A DNA stretch of 64,000 nucleotides from NCBI RefSeq assembly GCF_024521635.1, contig NW_026250429.1, positions 434,001-498,000 on the forward strand. The letters are read 5' to 3'. The stretch is from Tricharina praecox (Eukaryota). Shown here piece after piece: positions 1-10,835 of the stretch. The translations under genes and the position numbers were made by a program. Each line of letters starts with the position of its first letter. The first letter of the stretch is position 1. The notes beneath the pieces are model-generated. The model saw only the letters and a program-made list of their open reading frames with translations, was not told the DNA's origin and did no database searches.

Positions 1-887
1 TCTCAACTCCGGATCCCTCATGACCGTCTGCTTCAGCAGCCCGCCGACTTGCATAAGGGTAGCCGCATTCTGAATTTTCTTCAGCGCCTCGTCGACCCTT
101 TCCTCAGCTATGACGCCCTCCCAGCCCAGCATCCACCTTCTTGTCGCACTCAACCACAATACTAGCCCCAGCAGCGCATCTATCGCCGCAAAGCCGACCA
201 AGCGCACGGTCCTCATACTCCAGTAATGCCAAACAGTCGTCCAATTAGTCTGCCAACCCCAAACAGCGATATTATCCTGATACTTTTGTAGTCGCCAGAG
301 CTCGTAGGCAGGCAGGGCCAGCATGGGGACAGAAGCGTAGAAGCGCCAATACGGGCCGAAGCGGCCGAAGCGGCCATTCGTCAGCACGCCGATAAACGCC
401 GCGTGGAGGAGATGCGGCAGCAGGATCCGCGGCGCGGCGTAGATCAGGAAGGACTGTGGCGCGGAAAAGCTGCACCAGCTGCAGTGCAGTAATGGCGTCG
501 GCCCCACCCACGCGTAGATCAGGCGGCCTTCCGCCGCGCTGAGGAGCGTGCGCAGTGTCGTGTCCACGGAAGTCAGGTTGCGGTACGTGGATAGCGCGGT
601 GAATACATCCGACGCGTGCGTGGATAGGTCCGTCTTCGTCGCGAGGTACACGTTCTCGGGCGCGAAGTAGGGCGTGCTGAGCGCGAGGAAGAGGATGGAG
701 CTCAGGAAGAGGATGTCGAGCAGGCGTTTGGTCGTTGCCGGCAGTGGGATCGTCGATGCTTGCCCGCGGTACAGGAATTGCGCTTTTTGGTAGAGGACGG
801 GGACGAAGAAGACGAGGAGTCTGCAAGGTGTTAGTCCCGTCTGTGCAGGGGAGTGGAAGGGAGGTCCTACCCCACGTAGAGGTTCAT
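1..887 (-). CDS. Conserved fungal multi-pass membrane protein of unknown function, 3' end beyond window. Exons 887-871 and 820-<1
   Basis: ATG at 887; 50-nt intron 870-821 (GTAGGA...CTAAC...CAG). The spliced frame is open to the edge: MNLYVGLLVFFVP...PYFAPENVY...RLIYAWVGPTPLLHCSWC...PHLLH...QTVMRDPELR, with several hydrophobic segments and a CxxC. The ORF track shows the wrong frame. Confidence 0.8.
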
Positions 888-1207
888 GGCGAGGAGCGTG
901 TGTAATGGTTGTGCTTAGGTGGAAGGTGCCGGGGTGAGCTCCTGTGCAAGTAGGGCCCCTGCCAAGACATCTACCACCGATATGCGACGGTAGCCAAAAG
1001 AATGAATACAAAAGAATAGACAAATCAAAGTGAATGACAACGAGATCTGCATGGCCATTCGACTTGTGTCTCCACGAGTGAGCTTGACCCGACCCCCAGA
1101 AAACCGCATTCCCTCCCTGCCTCCGAGTGATGCCGTGTGCAAAGCCACACCCCGCCGTCCCATCCTTGGCGTTAGATGGCGCTAGTCACTAGCCAAAAGC
1201 CCGCAGG

Positions 1208-1234
1208 TCGCGAAAAAAAAAAACCTAACTTATC
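1208..1234 (+). promoter_or_regulatory. Putative ribosome-biogenesis promoter elements (RRPE-like A-tract plus CTTATC/GATAAG PAC-like variant) in the divergent promoter
   Basis: TCGCG-A12 followed by CTTATC at 1229-1234, ~90 nt upstream of the NOP15 ATG. Motif assignment is from recollection of filamentous-fungal RiBi promoters. Confidence 0.35.
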
Positions 1235-1322
1235 TTCACGCCCGAACAGTCCCCAACCCATCAACCTCTCCCTCTCCTCCACAACTTCCTCCTCCACACA
1301 CACCCACACGCACACATACAAA

Positions 1323-2920
1323 ATGGGCCCCGAATTACGGAAACGCAAGGGTATGCACAACCTTCACAGCACCACGGATGAGAGGAATTGAATTGGATTG
1401 ACGGAGTATGTGCTGACAATGATAATATAGCTGCGCCAGCCTCCTCCCCCCAGGCGAAGAAGTCGAAGAAGGATACTGCCGCCGCTGCGAAGAAGGGGAA
1501 GGTCGAGAAGGTCGTCGCTCCTCCTCCCGCAAAGAAGGAGAAGGCCGTCGCTGCCGCTGCAGAGAAGGAGAAGGCTGTCACTGCTCCTGCAAACGACGTC
1601 GCTGCTGCCCCCGCAAAGAAGGAGAAGGTTGCCGCTGCCCCTGCCGCTGCAAAGAAGGAGAAGGCTGTCGCTGTTCCTGCAAAGGACGTCGCTGCTGCCC
1701 CCGCAAAGAAGGAGAAGGCCGTCGCTGCCCCTGCAAAGAAGGCCGCCCCCGCAAAGAAAGAGAAGGCCGTCGCTACTCCCGCAAAGGAAGTCGCTGCTGC
1801 TCCCGCAAAGAAGCATGATGCCGCTGCCGCACCTACAACTAAGGCCCCGGCGGTGAAGAAGGCGAGCGCAAAGAAGCCTGCGAAAAAAGAGGTGAAGAAA
1901 GCCAAGGCTGCATCACCGATACCAGAGCCAGAACCTGTTGTGGAGGAGAAAGACGCCGAGGAGGAGGAGCAGGATGACAATGAGATTTCGTTGAACGATG
2001 ACGGCCCCAACACCGAGTCCGAGGCTGAGTCCGAGGCGGGTGATCAGACCACAAGGCTGCTACAGGGCTTTGAGAGCAGTGACGATGAGGATGAGGATGC
2101 CGCCAATGGGGAGAGCATTGATGCGAAGAAGTTGGCGAAGGCGGGGATGCCGGATGAGAAAAAGGTCAAGAAGAAGTTGGAGAGTTTGAAGGGGAGGGAA
2201 AGGGTACGTTCTCTCCAATCCGCGCTTTTGGTTCTTCACCGTCTTCCACGATTCCCTCTTCACCGGACGCATACAATGATGAGTCAAGAAAATTCGATTA
2301 GTCTTTAAGACATCTACATGGTTTCACATTTATTTTCTCTGATACCCCGCGTTCCGAATTGCTCCTTCCTTCGTTCATGCATTCCCTTACCAGCAGTTGG
2401 CTAACGGAGTTCATGCGCGCAGTCAACGCCCGGCATAATCTATCTCGGTCGTGTCCCCCACGGTTTCTATGAGCATGAGATGCGCTCCTACTTCTCTCAA
2501 TTTGGCACAGTAACACGTCTGCGCCTTTCCCGCAACAAGAAGACGGGACACTCAAAACATTACGCATTCATCGAGTTTTCCGATGACGAGGTAGCACAGA
2601 TCGTGGCCGACACCATGAACAACTACCTGTTATTCGGCCACATCCTCAAGTGCAAAACCGTGCCGCGCGACAACATCGAGTACGTCGAGCAGCTGTTCAA
2701 GGGTGCAAACAAGCGCTTCAAGGCGAGGCCCACAGCAAAGATTGCGAAGGCGCTTATGGAGAAGAAGAAGCCTGAGGAGGCATGGGTAAAGAAAGTTGAT
2801 GCTGAGAACCGGAAACGGAAGAGGATCAATTCGAGACTCCAGGCGAAGGGCATTGAGTACGAGTTTGAGGCGCCGGCTGCAAAGAAGGCGGATAGAGTCG
2901 AGGCCGAAGTCGTCGTATAG
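1323..2920 (+). CDS. NOP15: Ribosome biogenesis RRM protein Nop15/NIFK. Exons 1323-1350, 1431-2203, 2423-2920
   Basis: Spliced product contains PGIIYLGRVPHGFYEHEMRSYFSQFGTVTRLRLSRNKKTGHSKHYAFIEF...ADTMNNYLLFGHILKC. It has a long K/A/P repeat and acidic N-terminus; both introns are canonical and phase-consistent. Confidence 0.93.
2276..2342 (+). ncRNA. Intronic box C/D snoRNA (LSU rRNA 2'-O-methylation guide) in NOP15 intron 2
   Basis: Box C ATGATGA 2276-2282, box D CTGA 2339-2342. TTCGATTAGTCTTT (2293-2306) is antisense to the conserved LSU motif AAAGACUAAUCGAA. Flanking stem CGGACGC/GCGTTCCG; the host intron (219 nt) is the longest intron in my gene models. Confidence 0.85.
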
Positions 2921-3179
2921 GGTGGCGAGCTGTGAAACTTCAGTTGAAGGGAGATATCCGGGTACATATAATTCAAATGCGCCGCCTGGTTTTGCAATAA
3001 AGATGCAGCTTCGTGACTTACACTGATGTTCGAATGATCTGTGCCCATAAATGCCTACCTAAAGTACTTGATATCTCCGAGTTCAACGGCATTATTCAAT
3101 TCTAGCCACAAGTGATCTCGACACAACCCCACGTGATCATGTAATGTAAAGAAGCTGTCGAGGGACAATTGCTCTTGAC

Positions 3180-4105
3180 AAGTTGCAGTGGCCATTGGCG
3201 GCGGCGGTGGGCTGCAAAAACCCGTGCTCGACCACGAGTCACAGGTTGTGTCACTCAAACGCGGGTGTTATGTACATGCGAGGCTGTCTTCTCGGATCGG
3301 AGTTCTCAATCGTGCTCGGGATGGAGATGCTTGACTGACAAGTGACGGGGGTGGGTTGCCGAGGTGGGCTGTCGAGGGTGACGAAGATAGGCTGACGAGA
3401 GCGACGGAGGTGGGCTGTCGAAGGCCATTGCACTGGCAGGTTGCAGACTTGCAGCGGCGGCGGTGACCTAACACCGTCGATCGCGGGTGTTATGTACGAG
3501 GCTTGCTTCTTGGAATTGTCAATCATGCTCGGGATGGAGGTGCTCGACTGGAGGAGGTGGGCTGTCGAGGGCTGTCGAGGGTCAATTGCACCTGGCAGGT
3601 TGCAGACTTGCAGTGGCGGCGGTGACCTAACACACTCGATCGCGGGTTTTATGCACGGAGCTGTCTTGTTGGAGTTGTCAATCATGCTCGGGATAGAGGG
3701 TGCTCGACTGACAGGTGACGGAGGTGGGCTATCGAGGGCTGTCGAGGTCAATTGCGCCTGGCAGGTTGCAGACTTGCAGTGCCTTTGTTTTTTTTGTGTA
3801 TTCATTGATTGCATGCGACCTGTGGCAATGGTTGCAGTCCCAGCGGTGACCTGCCAAAAATTGTGCTCGACCACGAGTCATAGGTTATGTCACTCGAATG
3901 TGGGTTTTGTGCACGAGGCTTGCTTCTCGGACTTATCAACCGGGCTCGGGATGGAGGTGCTCAACTGACAGGTGCTCGATTCATGGGTGGCGGAGGTGAG
4001 CTGACGAGGGTGGGCTGTCAAGGAGGCGGGCTGTCGAGGGCGGACTGTCAAGGGTCAATTGCACTCGCCAGGTTGCAGACTTGCAGTGGCCGCGGTGACC
4101 TGTCA
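3180..4105. repeat. Four diverged tandem copies of a ~160-290 bp unit
   Basis: CAGGTTGCAGACTTGCAG near 3437, 3597, 3762, 4069; GCTCGGGATGGAG-like motif near 3314, 3527, 3687, 3944; GTGCTCGACCACGAGTCA near 3224 and 3863. Confidence 0.85.
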
Positions 4106-5424
4106 AATACCGTTCTCGATCACTACACAGGAGGCTGGTGTTGGGAATCGGGTGATGAGCTTGCCATTCACGCTCTCGATCACTACGTAGGGGCCCTGGT
4201 GGTCGGGGATCGGGTGTTGAGTTTGCTTGCCATTCACGCTCGGGCGGAGGAGGGGAGCGGTGCCTCTGGAGCCGTACAGGAGTATCCGGCAGGGTAGGTG
4301 TTGCCTGTGCTGGGTGTGGACAATGAGCGTGACCATGTTTTCCTTTGTAAAACTGGTTGGGAGGCAGCGGCACAGCAACGGGCCGTAGCGGGCAGTGGGG
4401 CTTGCTCTCTACCCTCGCCGAGCTTGGAGGAGCTTGCAGGAGAGGGCAGGAAAGGTCGGGTTGTGGTCGGCATAGGTAGGCAGTCTAATAAGGCCGTGTG
4501 TAACAGTAAATAGACGTTCGCTGCGTCCCATTCATACGCGGAGGAGCTAGGCAAATAGAGAAATCCGGCTCACCCGGAGCTGAGGATACGGCTTGTGCGC
4601 GGTTACTATCTCACTCAGTAGTCGAGTGACGTCGTGTTATCGGTAGTCCGATGGCTGGACAAGATGAATGCGGCGCCAGACAAAGTGGTAGTAGGGCGAC
4701 CCGCGGTACACCTCCACAAAAAGAAAATTCAAAGCCGTCTTCCTAAAGCTCTACCAGATCTCGGTGACAGTTTTGCCGACTGATTACTACCGCCTGTACA
4801 TTCGGAATCGAGAATGGATGGTTGTCGGTCCGGGGGTGCCTACGTCAACAAGCCCGCGATGACGAGGCCGCACTGATCGGCCACTCCGGCTGGTGCGAAC
4901 CCTCTCCCTCTTTCCCGAAGGTGAATTAGTGCCCTTCCGATAGTAAATGCCAATTTCCAGCCAGCCACAGCCGCACAGGATGGGGCTGTAACACCATCCG
5001 AGTGATCTCATGTGATTGGCCTATTTGGGCCTGTAATTGCATCATTGCTATCGGCCAGGGGTCCTTCGCTGTCTTCCGCGTGCAGCTTGCACACATACGA
5101 CCGAGGCTGTCTACGAGGTCTACGAGGTCATGAACAGGAGAATGTATCGGGACCAGAAGCCAGAGTCGAAAATGGGATTATTGAGACCTGGGACGCGTTT
5201 TTTTATTTGTTTATTTATTTTGGCATTGTCCTGTTGACCTGATGATGTTCTCTACGTTATTCGCTGCTCTCGCTCTTTGCGACTGCTTTTCTGCCGTGCT
5301 GCGGCTATGCCCTTTCGACGGAGCTGCAGCCCACAATGGCTACTTAAACCCCCCCTCCCCCCTTCTCTCGCTCCTTCTCTTCCTTCTTCCTCCCTCATAC
5401 TCATCTCTCATTCTTCTCTCCTCA

Positions 5425-5500
5425 TGATCACTCCTCACAATCACTTCTCACAGTCACTCCTTATGATCACTCCTCACGATCACTCCTCACGATCACTTCA
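5425..5500. repeat. 13-bp minisatellite (GATCACTCCTCAC), ~6 imperfect copies
   Basis: Read directly. Confidence 0.8.
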
Positions 5501-5870
5501 TCTCTCTTCTTCAATCCTATCGCCGACCATCGTCAACCATCCCAGAGCATCGGTGGCACGAGATCATTCACCTTCTTGGCATACCTTTACCTTGACTTGG
5601 TACCTACTCGTATTTCGTACTGTATCTACCTCGTCGGCTACTCCTCGGCCATTTGGCCTTACCGGGACAGACAACACACGCCTTCATTGCGTGTCGTTTC
5701 CTCGTTCTATTCTATTATATCCTTTAGTTCTTCCTTCTCTCCGAAATCTTAATTTCGTATGCACCTATGCGTTTGTGATGAGAAATTTATTTCTTCGCCT
5801 TCTCCTTCTTCATATCCTTTTTCCTTTTCCTTTGATTTTCTCTCTCTTCTCTCTTGACTGTGTCCTCTAC

Positions 5871-6116
5871 CCATCCATCAATCTTCATCGTCGGTTCTCC
5901 TATCTCAGAGTCGTATCCAAATTGTTCTGGATCGAACTTCTAAATTCTTCAAGTATCCCTCAATCTTCATCATCGGTCCTCCTATCACTCGGGGTCGTAT
6001 CTAAGCTCTTCTGGATAAAACATACTTGCTCTTGTCTCCCTACCTATCCCTCAATCTTCATCTGCGGTATCCCTATCACCCAAAGCAATCTCAAAATTGT
6101 TCTGGATAGAGCATAC
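5871..6116. repeat. Three diverged copies of an ~85-bp unit
   Basis: TCAATCTTCATC...CCTATC...TTCTGGAT repeated from ~5871, ~5954 and ~6045. Confidence 0.8.
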
Positions 6117-6590
6117 TTTACGGTACACGACGACTACGGCTTTGACGGGGACACTAGTCCAAACATCCAATAATTTCGGCTCCCCCAACACCAAACGTGG
6201 GGACGCAGTCAGAATAATTTACGCCTGGCGGTGGCGTGGAGGATTGGTCGGCATCAGGAACGATCACAACGACTACATGTGTGATCTATGGAGATTGCGG
6301 CTTACCCTCCACCTACTGCCAGAAGAAGTCGGCAGTAATATAAGGTATGTACTTCGCTTCAGTTGAGTGCGATGCATGGCGTAATGAGTGGTTGGCTGAC
6401 AGACAGACAGAGAACACATGTCAGACCCCCCGCGCTATCGTCGTACGCCGATCGCTTTGACGACCTAAGCCGACCTTCGGCTTCCATTGGGACGATACCC
6501 GCTACAGTTCATGGGGTTTTCGTTGACTGTCTCGGTCCAACATTGCGTCTCGTTATGTCTCGGTGTACGATTGCGTCTGGTTATCGCTCC

Positions 6591-6704
6591 GTCCACATTG
6601 CCGATCAATATGGATCCGTCCATCATTGTTTTTCGTTGTGGCTCGGTCCACAATTGCCGATCACTATGGATCACTCCATCATTGTTTTTTGTTTTGGCTC
6701 GGTC
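6591..6704. repeat. Tandem duplication of ~55 bp
   Basis: GTCCAC(A)ATTGCCGATCA.TATGGATC..TCCATCATTGTTTTT...TGGCTCG occurs twice. Confidence 0.8.
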
Positions 6705-7000
6705 TAGTTTTGCTGTATTTGAACCATCGTCTCACGTTTCCAAATTTATTGTATACTGCGGGCATTGAGAAAGATATTATTTTCCATTTTCCCTCTGCTG
6801 ACGAAGACGTGAGAGCTGATGAGTTTGATACTAGTTAATGCCGGTAGAGCCGGAACCGAATTGGCGAGAATGCGAGATGAAGTCCCTCCAGACAACCGGC
6901 CGTGACGACATCGCCATCCGAGTAATTCAAGGATTCTTTTCCTCACCCGTGAGGTCCATGGAAGAACAGCTAGCCGGACATCCTAATGGGCATTGATTAC

Positions 7001-7145
7001 CTTTGCCCGGGTACTCTAATCAGCACACCTGGGAAAACATCCTTCAACTATGCGAGGGTCCTTCTACCCGGACACGACGAAGGATATCGCCGAGCTTTGC
7101 CCAGGTACTCCAATCAGCACACCTGGGAAGACATTCTCCAGCTTT
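7001..7145. repeat. Direct repeat, ~50-bp arms, 94-bp period
   Basis: CTTTGCCCRGGTACTCYAATCAGCACACCTGGGAARACAT at 7001 and 7095. Confidence 0.8.
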
Positions 7146-7743
7146 GTCCAAATACTCCTACCATTGCGCCTCGGAAGACATCCTCATTACGGTTTGTAAC
7201 AAGCATTCCTTCATAGCAAAGCACACTGCACTGACCTCTCTCCTAGTGGACGGCATTCGCGCCAACGCGCCTCACGATGAAGAGGCAGGGGGAGATGGAG
7301 TGTTAGGAGGACCTTTATTTCGCAGCTTTCTTTCCTTGGTGCGCACTATCTCGATCCTTATCATCGGGACGCTCGACGAAAGTAGGGTTGGACAGTGGCG
7401 TGGAAACGGTCGGAGCAGAGTGGGGAGGAAACGGGCGGGGCAGAGTGGGGAGGAACCGGTTATAACTTATGTACACAACTACCATGATCTACTAAGGTCG
7501 AATTCAATGATGATTATTATTCAAAAACAAAAAGAAGTTGGTAACAGAGGTTTTTTCTTCCTCATCCAATGGCCCCCACGCAAAAGCTCCGCGAGTGACC
7601 ACTCATGTTCAAGAGCTACCCCAGCTCGGTACTTACCTCTTACCTACCAACTATTCTGCACCATCCCACCCAACCCTCACCGCACCTCACCTACCTCACC
7701 CCACCGCACCACACCTCCAACAACACCAACAACCAAAACCACC

Positions 7744-8331
7744 ATGCCCCCCACCCGCCGCACGACCAACCCGCGCCTCCTCCTGCCGCTGCCACCCCCA
7801 TCCACGCCGTCGACCTCAACCTCAACACCCACCGCGACCGTAACACCAACGCCCACGCTCCCCTCGCCCAGCAGCACGCGCACACCCTCACACACGCACA
7901 CCCACGCCTCGCCATCTCCACCGCGGCCCGCACCCACTACAGACCCGCTGTGGCACACGATGCAGTCCACGCTCTCCACGCTCCCGGGACACTCCGGCGG
8001 CAGCGGCAGCAATGTATTCTTCACCGCAGCGCACACGCGCGCGCTCGATGAGCTACGCATCGCGCAGATGGCGCTGGCGCAGGCGTGGATGAGTGATGCT
8101 ACTTCTTCCCCTAGCGGTGGGGAGGTGGGTGCGGGCGGGGCAGGGGGAGTGGGTGGTGCGGGCGGTCAGGGTGCGGGCGGCGCGGCGGCTTGGGAGAAGA
8201 AGCGATTGGCTAGTGATGCGCATTTTGGAAGGGTTGCCAGCGGTGTGCGGGACGTCGCTGCGAAGCTCGATAGGGTCGTAGACGCGATGGGGGATGTCGA
8301 GGTCGAGAGTAGGGGCATTTGGGGGGGGTGA
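7744..8331 (+). CDS. Conserved fungal protein (DUF5315-like), single exon
   Basis: ATG 7744 in ACCATG context. Motifs DPLWHTMQSTL, FTAAHTRALDELRIAQMALAQAW and HFGRVASGVRDVAAKLDRVVDAMGDVEVESRGIW resemble a conserved ascomycete family; the Pfam name is from memory. Confidence 0.75.
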   Translation: MPPTRRTTNPRLLLPLPPPSTPSTSTSTPTATVTPTPTLPSPSSTRTPSHTHTHASPSPPRPAPTTDPLWHTMQSTLSTLPGHSGGSGSNVFFTAAHTRALDELRIAQMALAQAWMSDATSSPSGGEVGAGGAGGVGGAGGQGAGGAAAWEKKRLASDAHFGRVASGVRDVAAKLDRVVDAMGDVEVESRGIWGG

Positions 8332-9623
8332 GGGTGGGTTGGCGTAGGGGATGGGGATAGGGAGGGGAGGAGGAAGGGAGGGGGGATGGCATGGTTGGAG
8401 TTTGGGAGTTTGCTTTACTTTACTTTGCTTGATTTGATATAACTACTGGTACTGGTAGTAGTACCTACTACACACGAGCGTTGATAATGGGATGGGATGG
8501 TTGGGAACATCACTACTGCCAGACGCGCTGCTGCCGGACGTGTGAGTGAGTGAGTGAGATCCCAGACGCGTTATCACGAGTACCGACTGTGCTAGGTAGT
8601 ACCTATCCTACACGTGCCAAATACGAACGCGTATGGTACTGGTACAATCAGTCAAGTCCAGTCCACACAGACTAAACCGCGCTTGCCCCCACTCAATGGC
8701 AAATGGCATCACATGATATCACGTCGACACACGCCGACCCACGTCGGACGTTATGTAGCAGAAGGCCGTTCGTCCGGCCGTGTGTATGTAACACCGCAGC
8801 TCGCCAGTATGTACTCAGTACATATACCTGGTAGTAAAGAAATGAAGCAAACGAAACAAAACGAATAGGTAATCTTACGAGTCACAAGATGGGCTGATGG
8901 GCATGTGGATGGGCTGATGGATGAGCATGTGGGCATGTGATTATTGTGCCAAATCGAGGATCATGTCCCGACCACATCTGATACCTACCGTATGATCCCA
9001 CCCCGTGGGCCGTCAGAGGGAGTGGGTCGAGGAATCACATCAATCCGCTGCGTGTTTCTAAGTACATACCTACATACTAATTACCGGCGCCGTACTCGGT
9101 CAAATGGAGGGTTTGAACTTTGCGGTGCTATGACTGGCCGGTCGAAAACCGACCGAGATTACGGTCCGAGGCGGGCCAGCGGAGACGCTCGTGATACGAG
9201 GTAGATACCACGTTTTTCATTCGGCTCTCTGGAGCTTAGAGGAAGCGTGGATTTGGAAATTTGGAGAGGAGCATAAGCTCCTTCACCCTGAGGGTCATTC
9301 TGTGTTGGTTATGGTTATACATCAACCTGAGTAAATAGTTCCAAGACCGGGTGGCAGTCAATGACACGCCCAGCTCCTTCTCCTCCAAGTAGGTAGCAAG
9401 TATGTAGCCTGGGAGGGGCTATTCATGCACCCATCGCTGCCCTCCAAACGGCCATTCAACCGACTTCGAAAAGTTACCTACCTCTATTCACACTCCCATG
9501 CGAGTGATACGGCGCGTAAATCCCCTCACAAGCTATTCTCCCTACCTTGTCTACGTCATAACCCCGGGAGCGTAGTGCATAGCGCTTCCCCGCCACACCC
9601 ACCCAGGTACATTCCCACGCACG

Positions 9624-10772
9624 ATGTCCCCGCCACCCTCCTCCTCCTCCTCCTCCCCCTCCTCCTCCTCCCCCTCCTCCGAAGACGCCTACACGCTCCT
9701 AAGCACATACCTCCTCTCACCCACGCCACTGGAGATATCTCTCCTGCCCTCCATCACCCCCTCAATCCTCTTCACCCCACCCCACCTCGGTATTCCAAAG
9801 CGCCAACTCCTCGACGCCTTCGCGCACGCACACGCGCTATTCTTCCCCGCCTCCCCCGCAGCCGCCCCACCCGCCGCCCACGATGTAGTCAGGCAGCAAG
9901 CGAGCCTCCTCCTCCTCCTCGCAAGCAGCGAGCACGTCACAGCGATTAACGCGCGGAAGCGCCTTCTGCTCTCCGCCACTGATGCCCCCATTACCACACC
10001 GCCCGCACCGCCCGCAATAACGCCGCAGCTAGAACTATCACTAACGCACAGCCTTCTCACCAGCGCGCTGATGCGGCACAATAAGAGCCCCGCGATATGG
10101 GCGTACCGAAGGTGGTTGCTTATTACGTTCCGCACTACTCTTCTTCCCGCCGCAGTGGATAGAGAGCTCGGTGAGAAGCTAGGTAGGGAGCTCGCCATAG
10201 TCAGGGCCTCGGCGGAACAGCACGCGAAGAACTACTACGCGTGGGAGCATGCACGGTGGGCGGTGGGGTTTTTTGGCTCTGGCACTACCCACGGCGCCGA
10301 CACACCCGCCGCCGACACCGCAGACATGAGCGCAGACACCGCAGACACGAGCGCAGACATGAGCGCAGACATGATTGCGCAACAGCTGCGCTGGTGCCGA
10401 CAACACGTCTCGGATGTTAGCGGCTGGACGTTCCTGGCGTGGGTACTTGAGCGCTCCGCTGCCGGTGTCGGGGCGGGTGCGGGTGCGAGGGAGGGTGTGC
10501 TCGCCGAGGTGCTGAAGTTTGCGGTTGTGGCGCCCGGTCATGAGGCGCTGTGGGCGTTTGTTAGGATTGTTGCTGTGGGATTGGAGCGCGAGGCGTGGGA
10601 GAGGGTTTTGGTCAAGGGGGTGGGCGAGCGGGAGGGGGAGGGGGGTGGCGAGGGGGGGGGTGAAGAGAGGGAAAGGGATAGAGTACTGAGGGAAAAGGCG
10701 GTTGCGTGGGTTGCCAAATGGGGCGGTGGACGGACTAAAGCGGCAGAGCACGGAGGACATAACCATAGCTGA
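9624..10772 (+). CDS. ECM9: Protein prenyltransferase alpha-subunit repeat protein (PTAR1/Ecm9-like)
   Basis: PFTA repeat motifs EHVTAINARKRLL, RHNKSPAIWAYRRWLL, AEQHAKNYYAWEHARW, HVSDVSGWTFL, PGHEALWAFVR. Confidence 0.82.
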   Translation: MSPPPSSSSSSPSSSSPSSEDAYTLLSTYLLSPTPLEISLLPSITPSILFTPPHLGIPKRQLLDAFAHAHALFFPASPAAAPPAAHDVVRQQASLLLLLASSEHVTAINARKRLLLSATDAPITTPPAPPAITPQLELSLTHSLLTSALMRHNKSPAIWAYRRWLLITFRTTLLPAAVDRELGEKLGRELAIVRASAEQHAKNYYAWEHARWAVGFFGSGTTHGADTPAADTADMSADTADTSADMSADMIAQQLRWCRQHVSDVSGWTFLAWVLERSAAGVGAGAGAREGVLAEVLKFAVVAPGHEALWAFVRIVAVGLEREAWERVLVKGVGEREGEGGGEGGGEERERDRVLREKAVAWVAKWGGGRTKAAEHGGHNHS

Positions 10773-10835
10773 TGAAATTCTAGATTGTGATTCTCGATGA
10801 TTGGCTGCGCGCGACTACTTAGGTGTGTACAATGA

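Noticed and set aside
5277..6173. 298-aa plus-strand ORF
   Set aside because: Pyrimidine-rich low-complexity and repeat sequence with a non-ATG start and no motif.
3180..7150. CRISPR-like appearance of spaced repeats (also 49766-49854)
   Set aside because: Eukaryotic context, repeats diverged or directly adjacent, no uniform spacers, no cas genes.
7003..7743. N-terminal half of the 442-aa ORF
   Set aside because: Starts at TTG inside repeat and promoter-like DNA; the conserved part begins at ATG 7744.
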